Positions 39,179 through 51,211 of a stretch of 64,000 nucleotides of DNA are shown here, one piece after another. Below the pieces are notes generated by a model, which searched no databases, had not been told where the DNA came from, and saw nothing but the letters and a program-made list of their open reading frames with translations. The DNA is from Calcarisporiella thermophila CBS 279.70 (taxonomy: Eukaryota; Fungi; Calcarisporiellomycota): positions 1,209,531-1,273,530 of the forward strand of contig NW_027192194.1 of NCBI RefSeq assembly GCF_041956535.1. Reading direction: 5' to 3'. The position numbers and the translations under genes are program-made. How positions within the stretch are numbered: the first letter of the stretch is position 1; every line of letters begins with the position of its first letter.

Positions 39179-40129
39179 TTAGTACAGGCGCTGGGGCTTG
39201 CCCATGGTGGACTTGATGAAGAGGGACTTGACGTTTTGCCAGTTCTTCTTGAGGAGCGAGACGAGGAAGTTGATGGAAAGCATGATGTTGGCAACAAGCT
39301 CATCCTCAGTCATCTGCACGTGACCGACGGCAACACCCAAGCAGAGCACCTTCTTGAGCTGGAACTTGATGGTGGAGCGCTGCTCTTCGGCCTTGGCGAG
39401 AAGGTTGTCGGAGTGCGAGACGGGAGTGGGGAATTTACCAGCCTTCTGGAGACCGGGACCAAGGAGACGGGGGATCTGACGGATAAGGGCATCAGAGGCA
39501 AGGAAAGCGTCGTACTTCTTGGCTGTTGGAGGAGGGGGGGGGAGAGAAAGTGGGGATGTGTCAGTATCTCATCGAGAAGCGGAACAAAATGTAGGGAGAG
39601 CTTTCACTAACCGAGCTTCTTGACGAGCTTCTTGTTCTTGTTGAGCTTCTTGAGGTCATCGACCGACATGAACTCAAGACCGACCTCCTTAGCTTGATCG
39701 CAGTGGAAGGCATCGGCAAGGATGCACACGGACATCTTTGGGCGGGGAACATTGGGGAGACTAAATACAAATAAAGCAAAGCCAATAAATTGACCGTTAG
39801 CCAAAATGCCAAATTATACATCAGGAGACGAGAGGGATACATACCGGACAGTACCGCTGAAACGCTTGTCCCTCTGGGGATCGTAGTTCTTAAGACCGAC
39901 CTGCAATTCAACAGTCTCGGTGAACTTGCGCTTCTTCTCCTCGGATTGAGTGAGGATAGCACGGACGGATTCCCTCACAGCACTGACTGACACTTTACTG
40001 TTGAATGGATTAGAAACGAGAGTTGATTAGTGCATGGTGTGGAAATTGAACTTATAGATATGGGGAACTATAGCGGAGGGATGGATGGATGGATGAATGA
40101 ATAGAAGGGCGAGTTGACACATACCTCAT
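39179..40129 (-). CDS. RPL1: 60S ribosomal protein uL1 (L1/L10a)
   Basis: [30 protein letters not shown]|[25 protein letters not shown]...[14 protein letters not shown]|[10 protein letters not shown]...[13 protein letters not shown]...[12 protein letters not shown]. Confidence 0.96.
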
Positions 40130-40395
40130 GATGGATGTTCCTGTATTTCAAAGATGAAAAGGAAGGAATCTTTTCTTGCTGCTGTTTTCGCGAAATATCA
40201 AGCCCTTGGATTCTCAGCCACTACAGTCACAAATTGGTGCGGCAGTATCGGAGTAGTATGGGGGGGGGTAGATTAAGGAAGTATCAAGGAAATATCCACA
40301 TTATCCCTAACCAAGAATCAAAAAGTCGCGTCTCGTCGAAAAGATCTTAACTCATAGTAGCGGGGAAGTAGAGAGAGTGTGTGAGAAAACCAATT

Positions 40396-43040
40396 ATGAC
40401 CACATCTCATCTCAGCAACACGACGCTTGACGTTCAATATTTGCGCGAATTAGCGCGTAAGCAACTGACCGATGTCTTGGATTCGGTAAGTTGATAATGA
40501 CCAGTTCCCTCTGATCCTTCTGCGCACTTGCCTGGGCTTTAGTTTCTTTCGATGTCTAATTTCCACTGCTACCCTGTTCTCTCTAGGTGCGAGGGAAAAA
40601 AGCTCTCGTGTTGGATCCTAGTTTAAGCGGTCCGCTTAGTCTCATAGCTGAATTCAGCTATCTTAAAGTAAATGAGTGAAGAATTTGAATGAATTTATTG
40701 CGCGGAAATAATATAACGTACGAGATGATTAAATAGGAGCATGGAGTCGAAAAGATTTACCATCTTCAGCCTGGTCCTTTGGAAACCGATTGCCAAAGTC
40801 TACTCTACATTTGCCGAGCTCAGATCAAGAACATGAAACACCTTGCCTCCCACATTCACCACCACACCTCCACGTCATCTCCCTCACAAAAATACGATTA
40901 CCACCTATTTTTTACCCCTAGAAGAACATTGATATGCGAGCGGGTGCTGGAAGAGGAGGGGGTCCTGGGCGAGATTACCATGGGCGAGTTCAAGCTCGAG
41001 TTTATTCCCTTTGAGGACGATGTGATATCCTTGGAAATGGAGAATTCTTTTCGCGAGTTGTTTTTGGATGGAGATACCACTGCAGTTTACCAGGCGGCTA
41101 AAGCACTCATGTCCCTGCAGGGGATGTACGGGATAATACCACGGATTGTTGGGAAAGGAGAGTATGCCAAGGTAATAGCCGTTTGGTAGTATCCGAATAT
41201 TTGGACGCCCGGTTTATTTTTCTTCCATGCTCTAGCTACTTGCTGATATGCTTATCCGGATGCGCCGGGAAATGGCCGCGGACGATGACTCTACTCTGGT
41301 TAGGTCGCCCACCTCCCCCCATATTGATTCGATCATCATTCTTGATCGCTCTGTGGATCTGATCACTCCTCTCTGCACCCAGCTTACCTATGAAGGATTA
41401 ATTGACGAAATCTGGGGCATTCGCAATGCGTGTGTGGAATTCGACACCTCCGTGGTTGGCACCCTCAGCCCCCCTCCGAAGGTGTCTGGCTCCAGTTCTT
41501 CGGCTACCGCGCCGCCCCCCGCAAGCAAGAAGCGACGAGTACAGCTGAATTCAGGGGATCGGCTGTACTCCCAACTAAGAGACTTGAATTTTGCGGTGGT
41601 GGGCGGATATTTGAATCGGGTGGCCAAGAGGATTAACGAGAACTATGAGGAGCGGCATCAAGCGAAAACGATCACGCAGATCCGCGAGTTTGTCGGGAAG
41701 TTGGGGGACCTACAAGTAGAGCATCAGTCCCTGCGAACGCGTAAGTGGGGATCGCCAATATTAGAAAGTGGATGGGGAGGTATTGATTTTTGCGTCCGCC
41801 TTGGGGGGCATTTTCTTTTCTTCCACCTAGATACTGGGATTGCGGAAGAGATTATGGCGTACACGCTGTCGGAAGATTTCAACAAAGTGCTCGAGGTCCA
41901 ACAAAACCTGGTGGCGGGCATCGATTCGACAGCCCATAGCGATTATTTGGAAGAGCTTATCAACAAACGCGCGCCACTTGTTCAGGTACTGCGGCTGCTT
42001 TGCCTACAGAGCCTCGTAACGGGGGGACTGAAGCCTAAGGTGTATGATCACCTGAAGCGCGAAATTTTGCAGGTTTGCCGGCTTTTATCCAAGAGACATC
42101 GTCCCCCCCTTTTTTTGATATCGAATACGTTTTCATGTAGACCTATGGGCACGAGCACCTACTCACGCTTTCCCGATTGGAGGATTTGCTACTTTTCACC
42201 AAGCAACTTCCGGTTCGGCCCACCTATCCCCAAGTGCGCAAGTCTCTACGCCTGATTGTCGATGACGTGAATGAGCATCAGCCCAACGATATTTCGTACG
42301 TGTACTCAGGGTATGCCCCTCTGAGCATCAGACTGGTGCAGTGTGCGGTGCAGCGACCGGTGGCGAGTGCGGGTGGACCCATGGGGGTCGCTGTGAGCGG
42401 CGGGGGAGGTAGTGGCGGAAAGAGCGGGGTAGGGTGGCGAGGATTTGAAGACGTGCTGCGGATGATCCCGGGTAAAGCTTTCGATGAGGTGCAGCGGGTG
42501 GAAGATGGCCGAAAACATTTGGCATCACGTGAGTATTGAGCATCTCGGGTTACCGATCGATAAAACCTACCTGTCTCCTTATTGATCTCTATCTACCTAA
42601 TTCAATCTAAAAAAAATTCCCGTCCATCCCAAAAATTATACAGACGCAGCGGGCACTCCTCGCATTACTCTTGTCTTCTTCCTCGGCGGCTGTACCTATA
42701 CTGAAATTTCCGCAATCCGATTCCTAGCACAGCAGGAAGAAGGTAATATTTCCATCTCTGGAATCCCCCTCGCCCTTTTAATGGTTTCGCTGTTTATCAA
42801 TTTATGCTGCCTGATGAATAATGCCTTACGTTCGATCATGCTCGCTGACCTTGTGCTTTTATGTTTGCTTTTTGCCGGATAGCGCAACGTGAGTTTGTAG
42901 TTGCGACCACGCAGCTTATTAACGGGAACACCCTAATGTCGTCGTTGATGGAGGAGCGGGGGGCACGAAAGGAGGGCCACAGGGAAGCGGGCGGGAGTGG
43001 CCTAGGGGGAGGAGGCACCGGAGCTGCTGCGGCCATGTAA
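40396..43040 (+). CDS. VPS33: Vps33 (Sec1/Munc18 family, HOPS/CORVET)
   Basis: VRGKKALVLDPSLSGPLSLIAEFSYLK|EHGVEKI, FTPRRTLICERVLEEEGV, IILDRSVDLITPLCTQLTYEGLIDE, DISYVYSGYAPLSIRLVQ, LVFFLGGCTYTEISAIRF. Confidence 0.95.
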
Positions 43041-44157
43041 ATGTTAAATAGGCCTCATCGGTCGGCCTCATGTTCGCGTTCCATTTACCGAACAATAACC
43101 TTGTTTGCAGTGATACTTTGATGTTTTTATTTTAAGTGTGAGAGCTGTGTATAGGAGTTGATTTCTTCCCCTCCTCCATTTCTGTTTTTATTTTCTTTTC
43201 CACCATTTCTATTTGCTATTTGCTATTTGCATTCCTACTTGGCTCAGACTCCATATTGGCGAGTTATTGTTTGGACTGATGAGAAGATTATGCATTTCAT
43301 GGAAGAAGCACATGGAGATAGACAGATCAACTCTATTCCTCATGGATATTGCAGGCCATCACTTTTAGCTCTCTCTCTCCTCCTTCTCCTCCACCACCTC
43401 CTCCGCCTTGTTCTTCTTCTTGTTCTAGTTCTCGTTCCTGTTCCAGTTCCATTTCCTGTTCTAGCTTCCTCGTTGTTTGCTTCATATTTCCCTTATTGCA
43501 AATAGAGTTACAATCTTCGGCCTGGATTCCATGGGTTAGGATATTTACAGTGGTAGAAGGGGGGAAGGAGGGAGGGGAGACGAGCGGGAGAAAACTCTAT
43601 CTTTCTCGTGCTAGCACATATTTTCTTTTTCATTCCTGCTCTCCCCCTCAAGGTTTTTTGATCACGTCCAACCTTGAGAAATCTTCTCCTCCTTTCATTT
43701 CATGTATCCAACCTTATTTGCAAACGTTTTTTTTTCTCAAGTACGGCGCTTCCGCTTTATTGTCAGAGGAAGTTTCTCAGCGAGTTGATCTGGCCCCATT
43801 TAAGCGAAGGGGGGAAAGGGGGACGTGCAGGCTCCAGAGCTGCAGCGTGCCCGGCAACCCCAATCCTCCTCCCCACATGCATGGTGCTCACCATGGCTGC
43901 GTGCGGATGGAAAAAAAACACCTTAAAGCACATTAGATTGCTTAATTTCATAAGTCAAAAACCTTGTTTCTCTCGCAGTAACATGCCCACGAAGTCTATC
44001 TGAAGCCCCTCACTCCCTCCTTTGGGTGGGAAAAAAACCTAACTCAGCTCTTCGCGGCGAACCGTAAAGTGGTTTTCCCCTGTAAGCTATCCTGCCCAAG
44101 TGCACCGTTTTGTCATGTCGAAAATCCTAATTTTTTCAACCACGGGCCATCTTGCAG

Positions 44158-44165
44158 TATATAAA
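44158..44165 (+). promoter_or_regulatory. TATA box of Cys-rich microprotein gene B
   Basis: TATATAAA about 175 nt upstream of ATG 44336, followed by a pyrimidine-rich leader. Confidence 0.5.
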
Positions 44166-44335
44166 GCATCAAGGGCGAGGGCTCGCGACATCTCACTTAG
44201 CCTTCGATCCCCTTCCTCCACTCCCGCCTCGCTTGGTAGCCTTAGCGCCGCCCTCCTCTGTTTTTCTTCTGTTTGGCTCCTCGCCTCTCCCCTGCACGCG
44301 CGATCCGAAGCACCCCTCCCGCGAAGATACCCCCC

Positions 44336-44576
44336 ATGGCCGAAGTCGTGTGGATCCCGTTCCAGTTCTGCCAAAATTGTGGAAGCGGTTGGAAAGGCGT
44401 AAGGTAAGCCGCGGTTGAGTGCGGGTATCCCCCCCCCCCCGACGGATAGGCTCATCTCCGCCTCTATCCCTGTGATTAGCTGCTGTCACTATCCGGCCCC
44501 AAACACCATCCTCGTTTGCCAGACCTGCAGCGGCCAGTACCCAAGCCATTTCGCCACCTGCCAGCAACTCTACTGA
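44336..44576 (+). CDS. 54-aa Cys/His-rich putative zinc-binding microprotein, paralog B (exons 44336-44403, 44480-44576)
   Basis: MAEVVWIPFQFCQNCGSGWKGVSCCHYPAPNTILVCQTCSGQYPSHFATCQQLY*. 76-nt GTAAGC...TAG intron at the same codon and phase as paralog A. Confidence 0.88.
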
Positions 44577-45167
44577 GCCGCCATCCCATGCCGTCCACCC
44601 TTCTATCCTGTATCTATATTTAATGACACAAACATGATCACGCTGGGTTAAATAGAACAGCTGTATTATCCCCTCCATGGACATTGACTTTGATTCTACT
44701 TTTTCTTCTTCTCTCTCTTACAAATTAATTGGCTCATGCTGAAGGATATTGCTTAGACTTTTATCTCATTATTGTTCTTTTCGTGCTCTGTATTATCTTT
44801 TGTGCATTTCGATTATTCTCATCATGCCCCTCCCCCCTCCTCGCCCATCCCTATATCCCCCTCATCCTCTCTCTATATCATTTGCTGGATGGCCCTTTGT
44901 CACCCATTCTTCCCCCCCCCCCCCCCTTCCCATAATGGGAGCCCGTAGTTGCTGCTCTCTTTCCTGTTCAAATTACTTTTGCTTAAATAAAAGGAAACTT
45001 TATTTTTTCGGCCCTAAGTAGGGGCCATAACGGCCGTCTTTTCCAGCGTCGAAGCCACACCCCGGAAGAGATGCTGCAATGAAAATCTTTCGCATGATAA
45101 CAATGTCCGGGAGGCAGCCCTTCCCAGTCCCTTGAACCCTAAAGTGTATCCAAAGCGGAGATGGCCC

Positions 45168-46576
45168 CTACAGCTCTACCACGACTGGCGCATATTCCCC
45201 CTCCTCCTCCTCGTGCTCCTCGGCTTCCCGCTCCGCAGCCACCTCCTCAGCAAGATCCCAGCGGAACCGCTGGCGCAGAAAGCCTTGGAAGGACGTGAAC
45301 TTGGCATGGAGCGAGCCGTCACCTGGGAGGTTGCGGGCGAGTTTCTGCAGCACAAAAAGAGGCGGGGTCAATGGTTTGCGAGTAGGGAGACGCCAAACCT
45401 CCTGGCGGACTCACCTTGAGCATGGAAAGAAGGAAGTTGTTTTCAGAAAGGATATCAGAAAAGAAGTCCTCGGGGCATTGCGTCAGTTGTTGCTTTAGTA
45501 TCTCTGTAGAACCGTCAAAAAGAGATTAGATTAGCTTTCTCCGTGCGACATGGCAAGGAGCTGCTCCCAGAGGGTTAGAATTGGTGTACCTAAGAACTCA
45601 ATGTAGAGGGTCGAGCCGTATCGAGCGATGGCCTCCTGTGATTGGCACACCAGCTGGACCAGTAGCTTCCACTGCGAAAGTCCCGAGAAGTTCTGGCCAA
45701 TGAGCAGGCAGACGAAGCCCAGCTGCAGTTCGCCCAGGAGCTCTCGGTAGTCGCCATTGTATTCGCGGCGGATCACGTCCTCCAGCAGCCAGCTCTTGTC
45801 GACGCTCCATCGCGTCACCTCTGTGCCCGTTGCTCCGGGCGGGTACGACCGGCGCAAGTCTATGGTGGTGAATTCGACGCCCTCCTCCTTGTCGAGCGCT
45901 TCTCGAACCTCTCTGTCACTCCTATCCTCGCGCCTCACCTCCTCCACTCTCCCCGTTCTCTCCCCGTCCTGAACGCCCAGAAGTCCATCATGAGGAAGGA
46001 CACGAGCGAGCAGTCTAGGCGTGATGTAGTTGGTGAGCTGGCACCACTGTTGGTAGAGCGTGGGCGGGTTGAGTGGGTATGCCCCCAGAAACGGGTCCAG
46101 CTGTTCGAGATTGGCGCGGTATCGCGCGAGATCCTCTGGAGAGAGAGCCTTTGGCACAAAGTTCTCAGTTTCTGCGTCCCATCCTCGTACCATGATCTAA
46201 TGATGCGGCGCGTTCCAATATGGAGGTCATCAGAAGAGGTGGGGTAGCTAGCCATGACGCGATTGCACTTACCTCGCCTGATTCGAAAAATTTAAAAAAT
46301 CCAAAACGCATTCCACTCACGCCTTCTTTACTAGTTGCACTAGCGAAAAAGATCAAAAATGTTGGCTTCAATTATCCAGGATCGGACACAGGAAGCTGCA
46401 AAAATTTACCTCCAGTAGACAAAGTGGAGCCCTGGGGGCACTAGCTTCATTCCTTTGAATTTTGGCCCCACTGTCCAAGACTGACAATCGATTCCGAATT
46501 CAAGCCGCGGCGGGGCATCGAAAAACAGTAGAAAGGCACCCTTATGGAAAAGTGCATTGGCCTTCTCTTGATCCAT
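45168..46576 (-). CDS. AAR2: AAR2 U5 snRNP assembly factor
   Basis: EFGIDCQSWTVGPKFKGMKLVPPGLHFVYW, MRFGFF, LDPFLGAYP, WCQLTNYIT, EVTRWSVDKSWLL, LLGELQLGFVCLLIGQNFSGLSQWK. Confidence 0.92.
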
Positions 46577-47384
46577 GTCACGTTGATCAACCTTGTTGAT
46601 CCTCACTTTTTCCTTTTTACTCCCTCGATGTTGTGACTATTTGTGACTGCCCAAGCGCATCCTTCCATTTTTTTTGCGTGGCTCGTTGTCCATGTATGCA
46701 GATTAAAGGGAGCACAAGGTCTGAAAGCAGCACCCGATTTTTGCAATTCTCGGTTCCAGCCAAGGCACGTAATAGTGCTAGTGTAATAGCCACGTTGACA
46801 GGATAGAAAAATTAGATAGAAGGAAGTCGTCGGGAGACGGACCGACATAGTTACCGTTGAACATGCTGCTCCCATCGAATAGGCCATAATTGTTCTGATG
46901 CAATCACAAAGGGAATGCGTTCTATGATATAAATAGCATATGATCTGTCATCACAAGGTTTATGTGCCACTTCTGGTAAATTAGATGTGGCAGTAGCAGA
47001 GTTCAACCATCCGATCCTAAAAAAAATGGTTTTTCGCGTTCATCCATTTTGTTGTTACAAAGTTTTCTAAAAACGCGTCAAAATTGAAGATGGGGAAGAA
47101 TATAAATGCAGATTTTAAATTGATAATCAAGACAATGCAATGGAAACTAGGAGAGATCATAAATTATAGTTCGCTTCTATCGACTGTCCTCAATTTTCAA
47201 ATTGCTCTCACTTCACGTAAGGGAGAATCTTTATTAGCAGAAAAGAAAAAGTATTATAAATGCAGCGCCGTGGAACCTTGTTAGTATGGCGGAGCTTTTG
47301 CAGGATGCAAGGGAGATGGACGTTCTTTGCGTAATCATCTACCTTCTTTTCTTTTCCCTCTTTCACTTAAAATAATTAAAGTGA

Positions 47385-47441
47385 ATGTGGCCCAAAGTGA
47401 TTGGCCGATCTGTTCCCCCACCCAATCAATTTGGGCCACAT
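47385..47441. promoter_or_regulatory. Inverted pair of ERSE-like elements (CCAAT-N9-CCACA) in the BiP promoter
   Basis: Left arm 47385-47404 atgtggcccaaagtgattgg; right arm 47422-47441 ccaatcaatttgggccacat. 19/20 inverted match, 17-nt spacer, 108-165 nt upstream of the KAR2 ATG. Confidence 0.65.
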
Positions 47442-47548
47442 CGATTTCGAAAATAAAGATAAAAGCGACTACTTGCGAGCTCCTCTCTTTATTCTTCTTT
47501 CTTTCTTGTCATAGTCCTTCTCTCTTTTTTTTTTTACACTTTTCTTCA

Positions 47549-49668
47549 ATGAAGAATCGGTTCCTCTTAATTGTACCGCTACTGGCGGTACTTCTCCTTA
47601 TCGCCACACCTATTGTTTTCGCACAGAACGACAAGCCGAATTATGGCACTGGTATGCACACTACCCTGTAGTTAATGCTAGATGGGATATTCTGACAAGC
47701 TTCTGTGATTTTAGTCATCGGTATTGACTTGGGTACAACATACTCTTGCGTTGGTGTTCAGAAGAACGGTCGTGTTGAAATTATGTAAATATCTGTTCAT
47801 TTCTGTTCGTTCAAAATGGTATGGCAATTTGGATAGCTAATCTCATCCACCACCTCTTTAGCGCCAATGACCTAGGAAACCGTATTACTCCTTCTTACGT
47901 CGCATTCACCGACGAGGAACGTCTCATCGGTGATGCCGCCAAAAACCAGGCCCCCGCCAACCCCACCAACACTATTTATGACGCGAAGCGTCTTATTGGA
48001 CGCAGGTTTGATGACCCCGTCGTCCGTGAGGACGTCAAGCGCTTCCCCTTCAAGGTGGTTGAGAAGGACTCGAAGCCCGCGATCGAAGTCACTGTCAAGG
48101 GCGAGCGTAAGACTTTCACCCCCGAGGAAATCTCCGCCATGGTACTCACCAAGATGAAGGAAACCGCTGAGGCCTACCTCGGTAAGAAGGTCACCCATGC
48201 CGTCGTCACCGTGCCCGCCTACTTCAATGATGCTCAGCGCCAAGCAACCAAGGATGCCGGTGTTATTGCTGGCCTCACCGTTCTCCGTATTCTCAATGAG
48301 CCCACCGCCGCCGCTATTGCGTACGGTCTTGACAAGACGGGCGGAGAGCGTAAGATCCTTGTGTATGATCTCGGTGGTGGTACTTTCGATGTCTCTCTTT
48401 TGACCATTGATGACGGTGTGTTCGAGGTGCTGGCCACATCGGGCGATACGCACTTGGGTGGTGAGGACTTTGACAACCGCGTTATTGACCATTTCGTGAA
48501 CCTGTGGAAGCGCAAGAACTCCGAGGACATCACCACTGACTTGAAGACCATGGGCAAACTGAAGCGTGAGGTTGAAAAGGCCAAGCGTGCTTTGTCGTCC
48601 CAGATGTCGGTGCGCGTTGAGGTCGAGTCTTTCTTCAAGGGCAAGGACTTCAGTGAGACGCTTACCCGTGCCAAGTTCGAGGAGCTGAACAACGACTTGT
48701 TCCGCAAGACGCTCCGCCCTGTCGAGCAAGTGCTCAAGGATACCAATCTCGCCAAGAGTGACATCGATGACATTGTGCTCGTGGGTGGCTCTACCCGTAT
48801 TCCCAAGATCCAACAGCTCCTTGAAGACTTCTTCAACGGAAAGAAGGCCTCCAAGGGAATCAACCCCGATGAGGCTGTTGCGTATGGTGCCGCCGTCCAG
48901 GGTGGCATTCTGAGTGGTGAAGAGGGCACTGAGGACTTGATTCTCCTCGACGTCAACCCATTGACCCTTGGTATCGAGACCACCGGTGGAGTGATGACCA
49001 AGTTGATCCCCCGCTACACCACCATCCCCACGAAGAAGAGCCAGATCTTCTCCACGGCGAGCGACAACCAGCAAACCGTCCTCATCCAGGTGTTCGAGGG
49101 TGAGCGTGCCATGACCAAGGATAACAACCACCTCGGCAAGTTCGAGCTTACTGGTATTCCTCCGGCTCCTCGTGGCGTCCCGCAGATCGAGGTTACCTTC
49201 GAGATCGATGTGAACGGTATCCTCCGTGTGTCCGCTGTCGACAAGGGCACCGGCAAGAGTGAGTCGATCACCATCACCAACAACAAGGGCCGTTTGTCCG
49301 CCGAGGAGATCGAGCGCATGGTGAAGGAGGCCGAGCAGTATGCCGAGGAAGACAAGGTGTTCCGCGAGCGTGTTGAGGCCAAGAACGGTCTTGAGAACTA
49401 CCTCTACACCCTGAAGAACCAGGTCAGCGACAGCGCCGGTCTTGGCGGTAAATTGTCGGAGGAGGACAAGAAGACCATCTTGGATGCCGTCAAGTCGAAG
49501 ATCGAATGGATGGACTCGTACTCTGCCAGCGCAACCAAGGAGGACTTTGACGAGAAGCGCGAGGAGGTAGAGAGCATCGTCAACCCCATCACCGCCAAGA
49601 TGTACGGACAGGGTCAGCCTGGCTCCGCCGAAGGAGAGGAGAAGCCACCATCTCACGATGAGTTGTAA
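47549..49668 (+). CDS. KAR2: ER Hsp70 chaperone BiP
   Basis: Signal peptide [25 protein letters not shown]; [41 protein letters not shown]; C-terminal HDEL. Confidence 0.98.
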
Positions 49669-50016
49669 AAAAATTATACAATAGGAGATACATATTTTTT
49701 GTCTTTTTTTTATACTGCAACGGGATTCTTTTTTTATGTTTGTTTATTTTTCTAAAATTTAAAATAGAAACATAATTCCTTATATTTGGCAAGAGTATGG
49801 ATAGCAATGGAGGGGGTGGACATATCAAAGCTGAACATGGGATAAACCAGTAGGGTTCATTCGAGGTGGAATTGGAAGAGGGCGAGAAGCTAAATGACTC
49901 TCTTAGGTTTCTTGTTAGATGTGCTAGATGGGGCAGGTGCGCCTCACTAAGCCCGAGTTATTTAGAGTTGTCTACACACTTGAGCCCAGATACATTCGAG
50001 TGGAAGGGTTGTAGGA

Positions 50017-51045
50017 CTATTGGCTCTCATATTTTCGACGAGCCAACGCATCGATCAAGCTCGGAAGGACTAGACGGAGGCCCACTGCCCCCCAATAGTA
50101 ACCCGGCTGAATCACCTCTCTCTCTCGTCGGTCCGAGGCAAGCATGATGCGCCGTGCACACTCTTCGGCGGACAAGGCACCCTTGGAGAGCCAGCCTTTG
50201 GACTTCTTCGGTGCAACGACATCCTGGCTTACCCCTTGCGAATCCAGCGCCGAAGCACGGAGAGCGGTGTCCACTCTTGCGGGGCACACGACGCCGATGT
50301 GGACTGCTGGCTCTTCGACGCGCAGCGAATCAAAAAACCCATTCAGCGCGTGTTTGGTGGCCGTATAGAGCGCGCGTTGTGGAGAGCCTATCTTCCCGGC
50401 CACCGAAGAGACCACCACAATATTGGGTGCCGCAGACTTCTCCTTCATCATGCCTAGAAACTTTCGGGCGAATGCAATAGGCGCCCGCACATTCGTGTCC
50501 ATTATGTTCTCATAGGACTGCCAAAACATGTCATCGGGAGTATCCATTACCTTGCGTGTCGCGATCACTCCAAGGCAGAGGATGAGCGTGTCGATGTGGC
50601 GGAATTGCGGGTCTTCAACAACACGATCAAAGCAACGTGCAATATCATCGTGCTGTGTGGCGTCGCCCGAAATGGCTAGGCATCCGGAGGCAGGAGAGAG
50701 TGTCGTACATTCGGCGCGCAGAGATTCTAATTCTTGGGCTCGCCTTGCGAAGAGGGCTAGGTTGGCTCCGCGTTTAGCATAGAGGAGGGCTAATGTAAGG
50801 CGGCCGTGGATTTAGCAAAGGCACGCGATTTCCTCGGGTCTACAGTCCAAATAATAAATATAGATATGCACACACATACCTAATTCTCGACCAATTCCGC
50901 TGCTGCATCCCACAATGAGCACACGTTCTCGATTTTGTGGTATGATACGACTTCGTGCTGTTGCGTTTGAAGCGTATAGGGTAGCGGCAAGGATGGAAAC
51001 GCTAGTAATGGCAGTAGCCGCCAGAGGCCAGCTGAAGTCGAGCAT
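50017..51045 (-). CDS. Short-chain dehydrogenase/reductase (DHRS7-like), N-terminal membrane anchor
   Basis: VLIVGCSSGIGREL (GxxxGxG), MDTN, VVSSVAG, YTATK (YxxxK). Confidence 0.9.
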
Positions 51046-51211
51046 ATTACCTTCTATTTTGCCTTGGAATTTCAGAAGGATCTCATCCGAATAAAGAAAA
51101 CAAAGCGCAGCGAAATCGCAGTATCCTCGTTTCTACACGACTTTGGCCACCAACTTTATTTAGCTTTAGTTGCATGGCCAGCAAAGCCTAGGGATTGTGA
51201 CATTGCGAATC

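Noticed and set aside
39134-39610. 158-aa plus-strand ORF
   Set aside because: Antisense shadow of the codon-biased last exon of RPL1. The same applies to 52960-53670 and 11863-12339.
28620-44045. Repeated ACCTTG/CAAGGT (Zap1/ZafA-like zinc-response half sites) and a shared AAAACCTAAC 10-mer (29086, 44034) upstream of both microprotein genes
   Set aside because: Attractive, but ACCTTG/CAAGGT is about as frequent in the unrelated AAR2/KAR2 intergenic region and no full ACCTTNAAGGT was seen. Significance needs a background model.
47872-49656. 594-aa antisense ORF overlapping BiP
   Set aside because: Long antisense ORFs on Hsp70 genes are a known by-product of strong codon bias; the translation has no recognisable motifs.
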